The notes under the pieces are model-generated. The model did not search any database. It worked only from the letters and a program-made list of their open reading frames with translations, and was not told the origin of the DNA. From the NCBI RefSeq assembly GCF_041146345.1, contig NW_027191415.1, forward strand, positions 682,001 through 746,000: a stretch of 64,000 nt of DNA, written 5' to 3'. This DNA comes from Neodothiora populina (lineage: Eukaryota). Both the position numbers and the translations under genes were made by a program. How positions within the stretch are numbered: the stretch's first letter is position 1; the number at the start of each line of letters is the position of its first letter. Shown here in pieces: positions 34,941 to 47,324 of the stretch.

Positions 34941-36418
34941 GTTGGTGATGCCGCCGCAAGGTTGGAGGGTCAGAAGATGTTATATGAGGTCGAGTCGATG
35001 TGCATGTGATGGCGTTCTGATGTATTGGTATAAGAAGTGCAGGGGTACAAATAGCTGAGGCAGCTGTCTGTGTCTGTGCAGCCGAGTCATCAGGCAGTCA
35101 CCGTCGCAATGGATAAGGTTGAGGGGCTTTAGGCTTACCTCGCATCTGCCTCATACTGACACCGCCGTTTGAGGATGCGGCTTAGTTATACTCGACACAA
35201 TGAGGGTCTGCTTGATATCCCAAGGGTCTTTCGGATTTGCGCTCGAACGTGATTAACTTAATTTGATGAGATATATTGATGCGCTGGGGAGTTTCTAAGT
35301 GCTGTTCATTCGTTTGCATTTACATGTCCTCATGCATCGTATGTCACTTATCCATCCGGCCTCATATCGCAAGGACACAAGTGTGGTTTGCCATAATTCG
35401 TGAAACAGTCGAACCTAACGTTGGCTACTGGAGCAGTGGATGTGTACGAAGGACATACACATCAAGAATCAATAGTAAGAGGTGCAAAGATCGTTGGTCA
35501 AATGTTTCGATCACAGTCTTGTGAAACATAGAAATCGTTGGTACAGCATACAACAAAGTCCGCCATAACCAAACACCGCCAAAATGCGTCGTTGCTGCAA
35601 CACCTCGCTAATAATACAACATGGTTGACCCCAACCATGGAATGAGAAAACAAAACTCCGGTGACCTCATTATTTTCGTGAAAATAGGTGTCGTGCCTGT
35701 GTTTCAAGGTGACATATTGGAACAAACGTCCCGAGTTGTCTAAGTTTGATCAATCTCGAACCTCCATCCGATAATGAAGAAAATCAAGCTCGTCGATGGT
35801 ACAACTTCAGATTGGACTTGAAAGATTACTGGGACTCCATGCTAGAGTTGGAGGTCTCTGGTCGAAGACCGCCGACGTTATGCTCAGCAGGAGACGCCCT
35901 TCGGCGAGCTGCTGATGATGTGGCCATCTCGAACTGATGCTTGGTGTGTTCGTGCATAAGTCTGATAGATTATAGTTGGTATAATGAACGAGGTAAGATT
36001 TCTAACTTCTCAATACGAACCTCATGTAGGACATGCGTGCTTCCTCGGGGTTGTCCAGATCAAACTGGTTAGAGAAGTTGTATTGAGATGACATGGGAGC
36101 AGAGAAGTCCTCGTTGACGTAGACCATGCTTGAAGGAGCCGACATTTTGATTGTGTATGTGATCTGAGTGGACTTGGGAAAAGATACAAAGTTGATAGAA
36201 ATGGTTCACTGTCGTGATGGTACTTATTTGATTAGGCTTATTTGAATGATGGAAAAGAAGGTCCTGTCGGGTGCACATGGTCGCAGACTTATATTTCGAG
36301 ACCCCAGTCGCTTTCCAGAGCCTCAAGAGCCAAATGAGCCTCAAGAGGCTCAAGAGGCTCACCGACGAGTGTCGACAAGTGGGACCGAGACGTTGGACCC
36401 TGCCTCGCTAGCTCGCCA

Positions 36419-36866
36419 CTAAGATCGACAGATGACGGTAAGACCCACAGGGGTCCTAAGCGAAGACCACCTTCTCAAGACACCCAGCGAACACGATAAG
36501 GCCAGCCGCCCACACGACTCTCCGCATCGGCTGGATCTGATTGGTCAGGGGCAAGGTCGCGACCTTGGACCATGGATACCGTACCTTTCCCGCCCCGTGT
36601 ACTTGTTGTCATGGTATTGAGGAGGACCCTTGAAGATCAACATGATGTAGTCTGGGGCGAGATAAATGTCCGTGTTCTCGGCCTTAGTGGCAGCCTCATG
36701 CGGAGTGCTAACGTAGCTGTGTGTAGGCAGGACCCGAAAATACGTCCCTCGGTTGAGTGGTCGAGTCATCCACCCGTGAAACGAGGCTTCCTTTGTTTGG
36801 ATTACAGGTGTTCAACTGCAAAACGGAAAAGATTCTAGACAAGGTAGCCAGTTTTGCTGCTCCCAT
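36419..36866 (-). other. Possible small spliced orphan gene or pseudogene (about 112 aa model)
   Basis: Two GT-AG introns (36712-36652; 36584-36537 with CCTGAC branch) join three segments in frame, with TATA-like CATAATAAAA upstream. No recognisable domain. Confidence 0.25.
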
Positions 36867-38751
36867 GGATCTGTTGAAAAGTGCCTACACAGCAGTAGCC
36901 TCTTTTATTATGGAGCCGCATCAAAATTGTGCCCACTGCAGCAAAATCCAATATTACGCTGGAGTACCCATTACATACCTTACCTCACACACGCGAACTG
37001 GATGCTGAAATGCATCACTTGTCACAAATGTCGTAGCCATAACGGCTCAGCACCTTATCTGCCCTGTGGGCTGCATAGAATTCATACCGGACGGCAGAGG
37101 CTTTCAGGGTCTCGCGGTTTTCAGTCGAGTCAAGCGTGACGTGAACGGCGGGAGTGACGTATTATTCAGCAGTTTGCCGTCTCGTTTGACGTCAGAGCCC
37201 CCGGGTCGGTAATAGATGATGCATCACTCCCTCCTATTGTCCCGTGTTTAGGATTACCTAGGCTGGGACTTCACACCTATAAGCAAATATCACTATGGTA
37301 ATTTGTGCGACAGATCATTATGCAGCAGACGACTCCACAAGCGTAGTAGTGTGTACCCATAAATCGCATATCAGTCCACTGAAAAGCGAAATAGCCACTC
37401 GTTGAATTAGCGAGGTCCTTTGTACCTTCAGCCGAAGTGAATAGTCCGAATGCTCACCATGTCAGCCCTATGACACAGTGCTCTGGTGACACAAGTACCT
37501 TACTGTTCCGCGCTTCTAGACCCGAGTTTTGCATCCAGAAATGGACAAGACAACTTGCGCTGATGCGCAGATACCTCACGTTCTCCATCTCATTAGAGCG
37601 GGCCTGTGTTCCCCAATAACACGGTCAGGAGAAGATCTGCAAAAGGTGGGCATGATGAATTCGCTGTGTGCTGCAAGAAGCAAATGTACTGTTGGCACGT
37701 CACTGCCTGTATTGCGTATTGAGTTTTCCTTGGTCCGGACAACTTCTAGCTTGATGTATGTTTTCTTATGCTTCGAATGATGCCGGCTGTTCTACTGTCA
37801 TTAGATATGAACTATCATCTCTCAAGGCAGTTGAGTACGACATACTGTACACGCTTGACTATTATGCTGTGCGGTCCTCGTAGCGGCCGCAAGTATTTCT
37901 GCGATCCGGCCGAGACCCTATTATCTCTCCCTCGGCAGAAAATATGACTTTTTGATCTGACGATGATGAATGACGGCTCTGAGGTTGTCCGTCATTGGCC
38001 ACCCAAAGGAAGAAAAAAGGTACAACTGACACGCATAGATGAGCTTGTGTGAGCCGTAAGTAAAGGCTTGACTAGTCCAAACACGTGTGTTTGTGTGTAC
38101 AGTATCTGTGTGTGCTCGCACTGTGTGAATCAGGATCATGATATTAACGGCGACGTCAGAACCTCACGCTTGGGCCTGATGATGTATGAACTGTTGGAAA
38201 GCAGTGACGCCGAGTCAACCCAGGCTCCACCAGGTACTGTACCTGCCCTAATAAACAAGTGTCGCCGTTCAACATGATGTATAGAGGAATGCGGTCCTAA
38301 ACTTCTAGAGAACGGCTAATGTCATCTCCCCCACAATTGACGGTACAAGCAATCTCTGCATATGCGCTACACACCTCAGTTACCTAGCTAAGGTATACTC
38401 GAAACTGCGCAGTGGAGTAGATATGCATGTGCCTTTCGGAAAAGCACTGATGGAGCCACCTTGCTGTGAAAGGCTGCAGGTACGAAAATGACGTCGTTCC
38501 GCACTGTGATGTCGATGCTAGGCTTGTACACCTGTACAATAGTTGGGACCAGTTCGTGATCGCCCACCTAGGCGATGTGCTACTCCCACAAGGTTTTATT
38601 GCTTTCTTCGTCATGGCACTAGGACATCCCTGTGTCACAACAACACCACTTCGGCAGGAAGTTGAGGTAGTGGGTATGCGTGCTATTGTACCTCTATGAG
38701 AAAAAGGACTCCTGGCAATCCGCTTTCTATTCGCCTATGCGGCCTGGCCAA

Positions 38752-39585
38752 TTATATCACGAGGACCAAGATGAGGAGTAAGATCAGCACGAATATCAGC
38801 AGGGCGATGCAGCAACTCGAGTAAGTGTCTGCTCGGCTGTTAGCAAGAGTCGACATGACGGTGTTATCGTACCATGTACCCTCGTTCTTTCGGATGACCC
38901 AACCAATCTTCTTGATGCCATTCTGTAATTTGCCGCCAACACGGTCAGCTACGTTATCAACGTCGTCGAGCAAGTCGGCTTGCTCTTCCAGCTCGCGGCC
39001 CATAGTATCTGCCTGGGCACGCAGATTCCCCACTGTCTTGAATACGTCATCCAAGGCCTCGTCCTGTTCGTGCATGATCTGTTCCTGGCGCTGCTGCTCA
39101 AACTCGCCGTAGGTGTCCCCAGCCTCTTCGTCATCGTCGAAATCATTGGGGTGAGGCAGTGAATCCGGGTGAGGCTTCGCATTGAGCTGTGCCTCATGTA
39201 CGGTCTTCGCAAGCTCTGTATGCATATCCTCTACTTCGGCCGCGACCCCCTCGACCAGGCTTCGCCGTCGCTCCACCTCGTCAATTTCCAATCCATAACG
39301 GTAAGGATCATGCTCGACTGCTTTGACGCTATCTATCAGATCTTTCAAGTCCACACTCAGATCTTGGAGAGTAGTCTCGAGTTCGGATCGGGCTTCCACT
39401 AATTCGGGCGAGGTCGCGGAGGATGCCGAGGATCTAATGCGCAGGTATGAATTGAACAACGGCCTTGTCGTGTCTAATAAGGAGAGGACATCACTAGAAA
39501 TTTGGTTAGGCTAGTCGCACTGTGAAGCCAGTTCAAAGGTATCTGCTTACGCCTGCACCTGGAGGAATGGATCTTCTGAGCTCAT
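38752..39585 (-). CDS. TLG1: t-SNARE Tlg1/syntaxin-6 family
   Basis: MSSEDPFLQVQA|DVL Syntaxin-6 N domain (DPYRYGLEIDEVERRR), SNARE motif EQDEALDDVFKTVGNLRAQA, and a C-terminal TM anchor CCIALLIFVLILLLILVLVI. Confidence 0.92.
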
Positions 39586-40098
39586 CTCTCATGACTTGCC
39601 CAACATCAATAGGGGAAGAAACAAGGAAGAGTGTGGGAAAATGCCAGGTGGTTATTGTCTTTGTATCTAGCTCTCACTCCGGTCTATTCGTGTGTCATGT
39701 TCAGTTGCTGCTCCAGAGTGTCCAGCAACAATGCAGAGGCGTGTTTGACAATGGCAACAACTATTGTACTGGTCAGAAATCCCGGAGATTTACGAACTTC
39801 GATGCACGTTCAGACGCCAGGGTAGAGACCAGGCTCAATGGAGTAATGCAACGACTTCATGAATCGATAAAACACTATAAATCGAACCTTGGTGGATATT
39901 GCTGATTCACGGGCGACCCTGACCCCAGGATTGCTGCAACAAATAAAAAAATGCAGATCAAGTAATTGATGATTTTCTTGGGTATACAAAAAACCTTGAA
40001 CATACTGTGCTTTTGCACTGATTGTATGCATACTGCCAATAATACCTGATTGGTCGGGGTGTCTTGGACATCCAAGCGGGTTTCCCCGAGAAGCAACC

Positions 40099-41985
40099 AT
40101 GGGCCCGGAGTGTTCCCTACCCATCTCTCACGAGTTTGAGAGTCCTGAAAGTTATGTCGATGCTCTGCTGAGATATGTAGCCTCTTCAGATCTGTTGCAG
40201 ACACTATGCGGCGGCGTCCACGTGCTCGACTTCTTCACTCGAAAGCCGGACTTTTATAGCCTCATTCTGCCCGAGCACTGGCGGGCGTTCTTCAAAGCTC
40301 ACGATATCATGCACACTCTCGATTTCTTCATGAGAGAAGATCTTGCTATCTTCGACCAGGATGACATACTGCAATGGCGGGACGGACCCCTGCCGCCCGC
40401 TGACTTACTTCAGTACGTGCGTGACGTTCGAAAGTTCTCGTTGAACCGCAAGGTTGACTACGGAGACGCTCGTCTGAAGAGTGAGCCTCACAAGCTGGCG
40501 AACAATGTCTCGCTTGGAATGAAAGTCAAGAAAGTGCACGAAGTCTCGCGCCTGGCTAGCTACGTTGACCAGCTCACTAGCGACATAAAAGCGTCGCAGG
40601 ATCGTCCGATCACACACTTGGTTGATTTTGGATCAGGGCAGAATTATCTGGGCAGGGCGCTTGCTTCTGAACCATACAACAAGCACATTATTGCCGTGGA
40701 GAGCAGGCCACACAATATCGAAGGCGCGCGAAATTGGGACATCAAGGCTGACCTAGCACCGAAGAAGGAAAGGGTCATGCGCAACAAGAAGGAGTATCGT
40801 GAGCAAATGAAAATGCATGCAGAGGCCAAGCTTGGAGACGAGCCAAAGGCTACGCGACATCCCAACCAAGACGTTAAAGGTGAGAGAGGCTTCTTCGCGA
40901 GGAACAAGACTCCACCAGAGCCCTCTAGTCAGACAACCCTGCAAATGTCAGCGCAAGGTATTGGGAGCATCCAATACATTGAACATTACATCAAGGACGG
41001 CGACCTGTCTCGCGTGATCGATCAGATTGTCGACCAAGATGCAGTCAGGGGAGCCGTGAATGGAGAGCTGGTAGAGGCGAGCAAGGAACCTACGGATCCC
41101 TTCGTGGAAGGCAGTCTGACTATCAAGGACGAAGTCAAGGCGGTCGATCCAAGTCTGATGGTTATATCACTCCATTCATGTGGAAACCTTGTGCACCACG
41201 GAATCCGCTCTCTGCTTTTGAATCCGGCCGTATCTGCAGTCGCTCTGGTTGGGTGTTGCTACAACCTCCTTACCGAGCGACTCGGGCCAGCGACTTACAA
41301 GCTCCCTGCATTACGCTCCAACCATCCACGACTTGTCGAGACGTCGAATGCGTGTGACCCCCATGGCTTCCCAATGTCAGACCGACTATGTAAATACATG
41401 TCGAAGGAGGGCAGAGGAGTACGACTGAACATCACTGCAAGGATGATGGCAGTTCAAGCGCCTTACAACTGGGGAGAATCAGACAGTGACATCTTCTTCA
41501 CCCGGCATTTCTATCGAGCTCTCTTACAACTCATCTTCCTGGACTGCGGAATCGTCGAACAGCCCAAGAACGAGCATGTCGAGACCAACGACGGTAGCCC
41601 CTTGGGTTGGAGTGGTGGCACAGCACCGATCATCATAGGTTCGCTGAAGAAGTCATGCTACAGCAACTTTGCAGCCTACGTCCGAGGAGCTTTGGAAAAG
41701 CTGGTCCGAGATCCTGAGAGAGGCCCGGTGTTCCAAGAAAAGATGGGTCATCTAAATGACGAGGAGATCTACGCATACGAGACCAATAATGCCGAACGCA
41801 AGAAGGAACTCAGTGTGATATGGAGTCTCATGGCTTTTAGTGCCAGTGTCATTGAAGCAGTCATCGTCTCGGATCGTTGGCTTTTCCTCAAGGAACAGCC
41901 AGAAGTGGCTGAAGCCTGGGTAGAACCAATCTTCGACTATGCTCTGAGTCCCAGAAACTTCATTGTTGTGGGGATCAAGCGATAA
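40099..41985 (+). CDS. METTL25/RRNAD1-like SAM-dependent methyltransferase
   Basis: GMKVKKVHEV, LVDFGSGQNYLGR (motif I), ISLHSCGNL, VGCCYNLL, GFPMS and C-terminal PIFDYALSPRN. Confidence 0.85.
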   Translation: MGPECSLPISHEFESPESYVDALLRYVASSDLLQTLCGGVHVLDFFTRKPDFYSLILPEHWRAFFKAHDIMHTLDFFMREDLAIFDQDDILQWRDGPLPPADLLQYVRDVRKFSLNRKVDYGDARLKSEPHKLANNVSLGMKVKKVHEVSRLASYVDQLTSDIKASQDRPITHLVDFGSGQNYLGRALASEPYNKHIIAVESRPHNIEGARNWDIKADLAPKKERVMRNKKEYREQMKMHAEAKLGDEPKATRHPNQDVKGERGFFARNKTPPEPSSQTTLQMSAQGIGSIQYIEHYIKDGDLSRVIDQIVDQDAVRGAVNGELVEASKEPTDPFVEGSLTIKDEVKAVDPSLMVISLHSCGNLVHHGIRSLLLNPAVSAVALVGCCYNLLTERLGPATYKLPALRSNHPRLVETSNACDPHGFPMSDRLCKYMSKEGRGVRLNITARMMAVQAPYNWGESDSDIFFTRHFYRALLQLIFLDCGIVEQPKNEHVETNDGSPLGWSGGTAPIIIGSLKKSCYSNFAAYVRGALEKLVRDPERGPVFQEKMGHLNDEEIYAYETNNAERKKELSVIWSLMAFSASVIEAVIVSDRWLFLKEQPEVAEAWVEPIFDYALSPRNFIVVGIKR

Positions 41986-42346
41986 GCGGACAGATGCATC
42001 CTGGAAAGGAAAGTCTGCGAGAGCATGTATTGCCGCTGTCGTCACTGCATCTCTCTGTTCAGTTCTACCAGAGCATACAATCACCACTCACGAACATTTC
42101 AGGGAGACCGTCAAACGATGTAACTTCGTGATCATGGGTCGTCCACGCGGTTGGCGTCTCCGCGACACTTCCAATTCTGTTATTAGATGTACTCACGGAT
42201 GGCTACGTTCAACCAGATGGCACGCAGACAGTTTCGCGATCAATGTATTCTAGGATTGGCTCACGGGACCAGCTACCGCAAGTCAGACGGTCTCGGGGTT
42301 CGTGGACCACGTCCGTCGAATAAGCTCCAATTCCTCAAATTCAGAC

Positions 42347-43510
42347 TCAAAACTCGGCAGCAGCTTCCTTATGTCTTAGCTCAGGAATCACAGGTCTCAG
42401 ATTGAAACAGCCTTACCTTCAAGGTCGTCAACGTTCAAAAGAGTGACACCCTCGTCCCAGAGAGTACGCCAGATCGCGTCACGAGTGCTGATGGGCCAGC
42501 CCGGCTGCGTACATTTATTATGAGCCAACTATGACAACGCGGTGATTGGACATGAACAACATACCTGATCCCAGTAACGAACACCAATATTTTTCGAACT
42601 GGCAGCAGCGATCTGAGCGCGTAGCAAGGCGAGTTGCGTAGCATTGAACGACTCATTCCTGACCTCACCGAACTGCGTCGCAAAGTCCGTGCTCGCGATT
42701 GGACTGACGTCGGCAGTGATGTTGGACGCGGTCGTGTTCAGCGCAGCGAGAGGAGCATCCCAGAAGAAGTCTCGCGGATGAGACGCATTTCCCACGCCCT
42801 GGACTTGATTCAAGGGCGTGTTTCCGGTTCCAATCACCGTGACTGCACCAGGCGTCACGCTCGTGCCATTGAATGTCGTGAGCCACCCGCCTTCGCGAAG
42901 AGGTGCAAGCGCTTTGATGACCTGTGGCCACGTTGTCGCGCCATCGGTCTTGACGTCAATCCACAGATATAATGTTTGAGCCGAGTTAGTATCGAAGACG
43001 CCGTTGTGGGTGGTACGAGGGACGAAGGTGGTGTTGGGGTTCAGACTGTGCAGCACCGAGAGGATCGGTTGGATGTAGAGCGAGTCCAGAGTGCGGGTGG
43101 TCGTGAGCGCACTGATCTCATGACCAACATACAAGGTGTCTGGAAGGGCAATCTGTCGATCAATTTACTTGCTCATGATAGCAGCGCCAAAAGCGTTTTG
43201 TTTGAAACTGACCATTAGACTTTGCAGGGTCATACCACACATCGGCTTCAACGCTCACGCCTCCCACAGAAAGCGCAGAGTAAAAAGGCACAGGACGCCA
43301 ATAATCGTTATGCGAATGGAAGAACTTAGGGATAATGCCCTGAGTCAAACGAGTAGGATACTGATAGAGACTCGAATTGGCAGCATTAGACAAGATCTGC
43401 TGCAGTGGCTGAGAGAGTTGTGGTGACGCAGAAGAAGAAACATCGGATTTAGCATAGACTTCATAGACGACAAGAGCCGCAGCCAGAACAATCGAAGAAA
43501 CCACCACCAT
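42347..43510 (-). CDS. AIM6: AIM6-like PLC-like phosphodiesterase, secretory signal, 4 exons
   Basis: HSHNDYWRPVPFYSALSVGGVSVEADVW, LYVGHE...TLDSLYIQPI, LWIDVKT, GTGNTP, RYWDQ|PGWPIS and LLNVDDLE|AAAEF*. The last-exon boundary is inferred. Confidence 0.85.
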
Positions 43511-44709
43511 ATCTGCCTTTTTTGCCGCAATCTATACAAGAAGAACCAAAAGACAGACAGACAGTGGCGGACAAGTACCGACTTTATACCCCCAAAAAAA
43601 ACCCCCAACTCTATATTCCCGCCCGCGGCGCACGATGTGCCCCCAACTATGAACCACAGCCGGGGCATAGGCACAGGAGTGGTTCCTGCACACTGCCCTG
43701 TGTAAAGGACATGACGATGCGATGCGATGCGATGCTACAATACAGTACAGCACAGTGATTCGATGTCGTGCTTTTCACTCATGACTGCTCTAGTCCGGAA
43801 GACTCGGGCCCTAGAGTCGGAACCGGAAACAAAACCAAAGACACACGTGCAAGATCGACCAATAAAGTCGCCCACGTGGGGGTGAGCCTCAGGTCCTTGA
43901 CTTCGAACGACGCGCGTGGCTGCGTGCTTGGGTGTGATTGAATAGACGTATTGTACTTGCTTTTTTATAACAATGCGCCTGATGGGGGTGAGGTGCATTG
44001 AGTCGAGGGTGATGGGCTTGTGTTTATGGCTTCTGGTGGATCTGGAGTGTTTGTTTGCTTGTTTGCTTGTTTGCGAGATTGTGAGTTCTTGAGTGCTGAG
44101 TCGAGACGATGGCGCGGGCATGGGAATGAGAGAGATAAGGTGGGGACTCGAGTGTGTCGTCTACTATATACTTTCATTGGCAGTGATGTACTGTATCAAC
44201 AGTGCCATCTCGCATATGATCAGACGGAGATACTCGCAAGAGAGAGAGAGTCGCGTGTGAGAGCGAACAGCCGACCGCGCCATGAAATTGATGTTATACT
44301 TACTAAACCAGTACTCGGCTACAGAGAACAACAAAACCAATCATCATCGAGACTACTTCCGCAACAACTCGGGAGATTCATAGGTTCAGTCCTTCCAGCC
44401 CGGCGGGATAAGGTGATGGATGCAATGGGACAATATACTCGTAGGTGCTCTGGTATAGGTTTATTCAGAGTCACATTTCCTGAACCATCCTTACTGGGCG
44501 AATAATCAAATCAAAACACAGCGGTAAATGTATCGTAGATATGGTCGCTCTTTTTTTGAGGTTTCCGCTTCCACCTTTGATGCAAATAAATATATTTCCA
44601 AACATTCACTCCCACCTACCTTACCCACCCATTCGTCCCTTCCAGAAACGCCTAATCGTGAATGCCTACTCGGAAACAAAAAGAAGAAGACCCAACAATG
44701 CTATCTAAT

Positions 44710-46883
44710 CTAAGCCTCGAGCAACATCTTCCACAGCGCATTCTTCTCGGTAAAGTTATGATGAATGACATTGACGAGCCAGTACTCCTGCCTGATCTTG
44801 CCCAGCAATTTGGCAGACGGAGTTCGAGGCGGGTAGACGCGCTGCCACTCGCCCCAGATGCCAAAGGCCTCCTCGGCCCAGGCGCGGAAGGACACGGCCT
44901 CGATCATGGTCGGCGTGACGATTTCTTTGCCTGTGAAGCAGCCCCATGTCACGGGGTTCAGGCTATCTTCGTCTGTGGCTTCGAAGTCGCCGGCTGCGTT
45001 GCAGGCGAAGAAGGTCACGTCTTCGTCTTGGGCAATTTTGGCTTTCAGGCGCTTCCAGTCTTCGTTGGAGCAGAAGAGTTCGACAAAGGGCTGTAGTCAT
45101 GGTGTGTCAGTGGGCTTGCTTGAAGAAGAAGGAGATGCTTTTGTTTGACAAACCTTTTGGAAGACAAAGCCGTGCTGCGGGCCCCAGCCGAAGATTTCAT
45201 GGTTGCTGGGCATGCCATTAACCGCTGGCTGCGAGGCTACTGTCCACCAACCCTTTTCGATCAGACCCGCCAGTTCATTGCGGATGGTTTCGGTCTCGGG
45301 ACTCAGTCCTTCCTCGCTCCATGGCACAGACTCGAGTTCTCCTCGCACGTGGCGCGTGAATATGCTCGTGACGTCCTTGGTGTCGACTGGGTAGCCCCAT
45401 AGCCTCAATGCGTTCGGTATGGACACGTGCAAGCTGACGCCGTAGCCATCAATCTCACCGTATGCCGGACTGCGCGCATCACCCCAACGACCGTTGGGGA
45501 AGTCATCCCATGTCGCCTCGCGGCCGAGGGTGCCTTCGCCCTCGGAGATGGCGAGAGTGTTGGCTCGAGATGTGGGCTTCTCGCCCGGTACTCCTGCTTC
45601 GTCATCCGGTGCTACATAGCTGGCCTCGCTGGTGTTGGATAAGGCGCGAGAATCGGCATGGTCGACGATGACGCGGTTTTGAGGCGCCGAATTTGCTGTG
45701 GATGACTTGCGACGGACCTTATCCTTTGGGTTTCCGTCCACCAGCAAAAATCCATCAGCTTCCTCGACGGCGTTTTCGTCTGTCTGTCCTGGCGGTGGGA
45801 TAAGCTGCGCTCGCTCGACGATGTGTGCAACGGCTTTCTCGAGATTCAGAGTGTAGAAGTGGAAGCCTCGGGGGGCTTTCTGGGGGCTAGCCTTGATGCG
45901 CTCGACCATATCACTCAGAATGCCAACTCCCACTCGCTTGACTGCCTCGTCGTCGCCTTTCACCTCCTCCAATTGATCCAGGACGGCCTCGGGTAATGCT
46001 GCGTGACTCAATTTCGCCGTTCTCTTCAATATGCCGTAGCTCTGAATAGGCATCAAGCCCGGGATAATCTGCACGTTTTTGAAAGCTCCACTCTCGTGCT
46101 CTCGTAGCCTCTTCTCAAAAGCCAAATAAGCGTCGACGTCGTAAAACAGCTGAGTCATGATAAAGTCCGCGCCCGCCTGTGTCTTCTCGACCAGATACTG
46201 CATGTCGTAGTCCGGGCTCTGCTTGTCAGGAGTCGACTGATCCGAGTGGCCCTCAGGGTATCCCGCGACACCAACACAGAAGCAGTCGCCATATGTCTTG
46301 CGGATGTACCTGACCAGATCGACAGCCCAGGTGAACTCGGTATTGCTATCATCATCATGATCATCATTATTCCCATCCTGGTCCTTGGACTGGGCTCCGT
46401 CATCGTCTCTGTATTCCTCGCTTCGAGGCGGGTCGCCTCTGAGGGCCAGAATGTTCCTGACGCCCAGCACTTTGGCTTGCTCGAGTGCCTCGTCGATGAG
46501 CTTGCGCGACATGTTCGTGCATGTCAGGTGCAGGCATGTCGTCAGCCCCAGTTGTCGTTGCGTCAGTTCCGCCAGTGCTAGGGATTTGGTCGATGTGCTG
46601 CCGCCTGCGCCCCAGGTGACATTGACGAAGAGGGGCCGCAGGGAATGTGCCATACGCGACAGACGCGCATGTAAGTTGGCGAATCCCTATGAAATCACAA
46701 TCATGTATCGTGTCAGCGCTGCTGTTATGCTTCGGTCCCATATGGGCACGCTTGCGGATAGAGAAAGCGTTTCCGTGAGTAAATCATCCTACCCACCTGT
46801 TGCGTCTTTGGAGGGAAGAACTCGAGGGAAAAGTAAGTGCTGTCTGCTGGCAGAGCAGCGATCTTGTCCGTTATCCTCTCCAT
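44710..46883 (-). CDS. MET12: Methylenetetrahydrofolate reductase (Met12-type)
   Basis: FSLEFFPPKT, VTWGAGGS, CLHLTCTN, NILALRGDPP, VAGYPEGH, FIMTQLFYD, HFYTLNLE, WDDFPNGRWGDARSPAYG and VTWGCFTGKEI. The paralogue assignment (MET12 vs MET13) is from recall. Confidence 0.9.
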
Positions 46884-47054
46884 TGTGCTGTGTGTTTGTT
46901 ATGTGTTGGTAGGAAGGTCACGTCTTCTCTATCATTATTTTTCTTTCTACACCAGATGACGAGTCGTGGAACAAGAGTTGCCGCAATCCACCACGATGTG
47001 GGGTCGTGCAGGCGCCAGACGTGGGGCTTACGCTATTCGCTTGCATGAGGCGGC

Positions 47055-47063
47055 ATGAGTCAA
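47055..47063 (-). promoter_or_regulatory. Candidate Gcn4/CpcA element (TTGACTCAT on minus strand) upstream of MTHFR
   Basis: ATGAGTCAA lies about 170 bp upstream of the ATG at 46883. Confidence 0.4.
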
Positions 47064-47324
47064 TTGCATGTGTTTTACATGGGCACGCGACATTCAGGGC
47101 CATTGTCACTCATCGAAAAGATGCGTCGTACCATGAAAGTCGTTCTTGATTATGTCTATATGCAAGTAGAAGGTGCTTCGAATAGATTCTCCTAGTGATG
47201 TTCTGGAAACTGACGCTCTCCGGAAAACGCAGTTACGACGAAGCCCAAGGTACTTTCTTCGCTCGCTGATGTAGTCGAATAGCGAGTCCCTAAGTGTTCC
47301 ACTCACCTGCTTCACAGTATCCTC

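Noticed and set aside
12566..46883. Apparent cluster of tRNA/methylation genes (QTRT2, CysRS, TRM61, METTL25-like, MTHFR)
   Set aside because: The genes are interspersed with unrelated housekeeping genes over 34 kb with no shared element evident. Most likely coincidental unless conserved synteny is shown.
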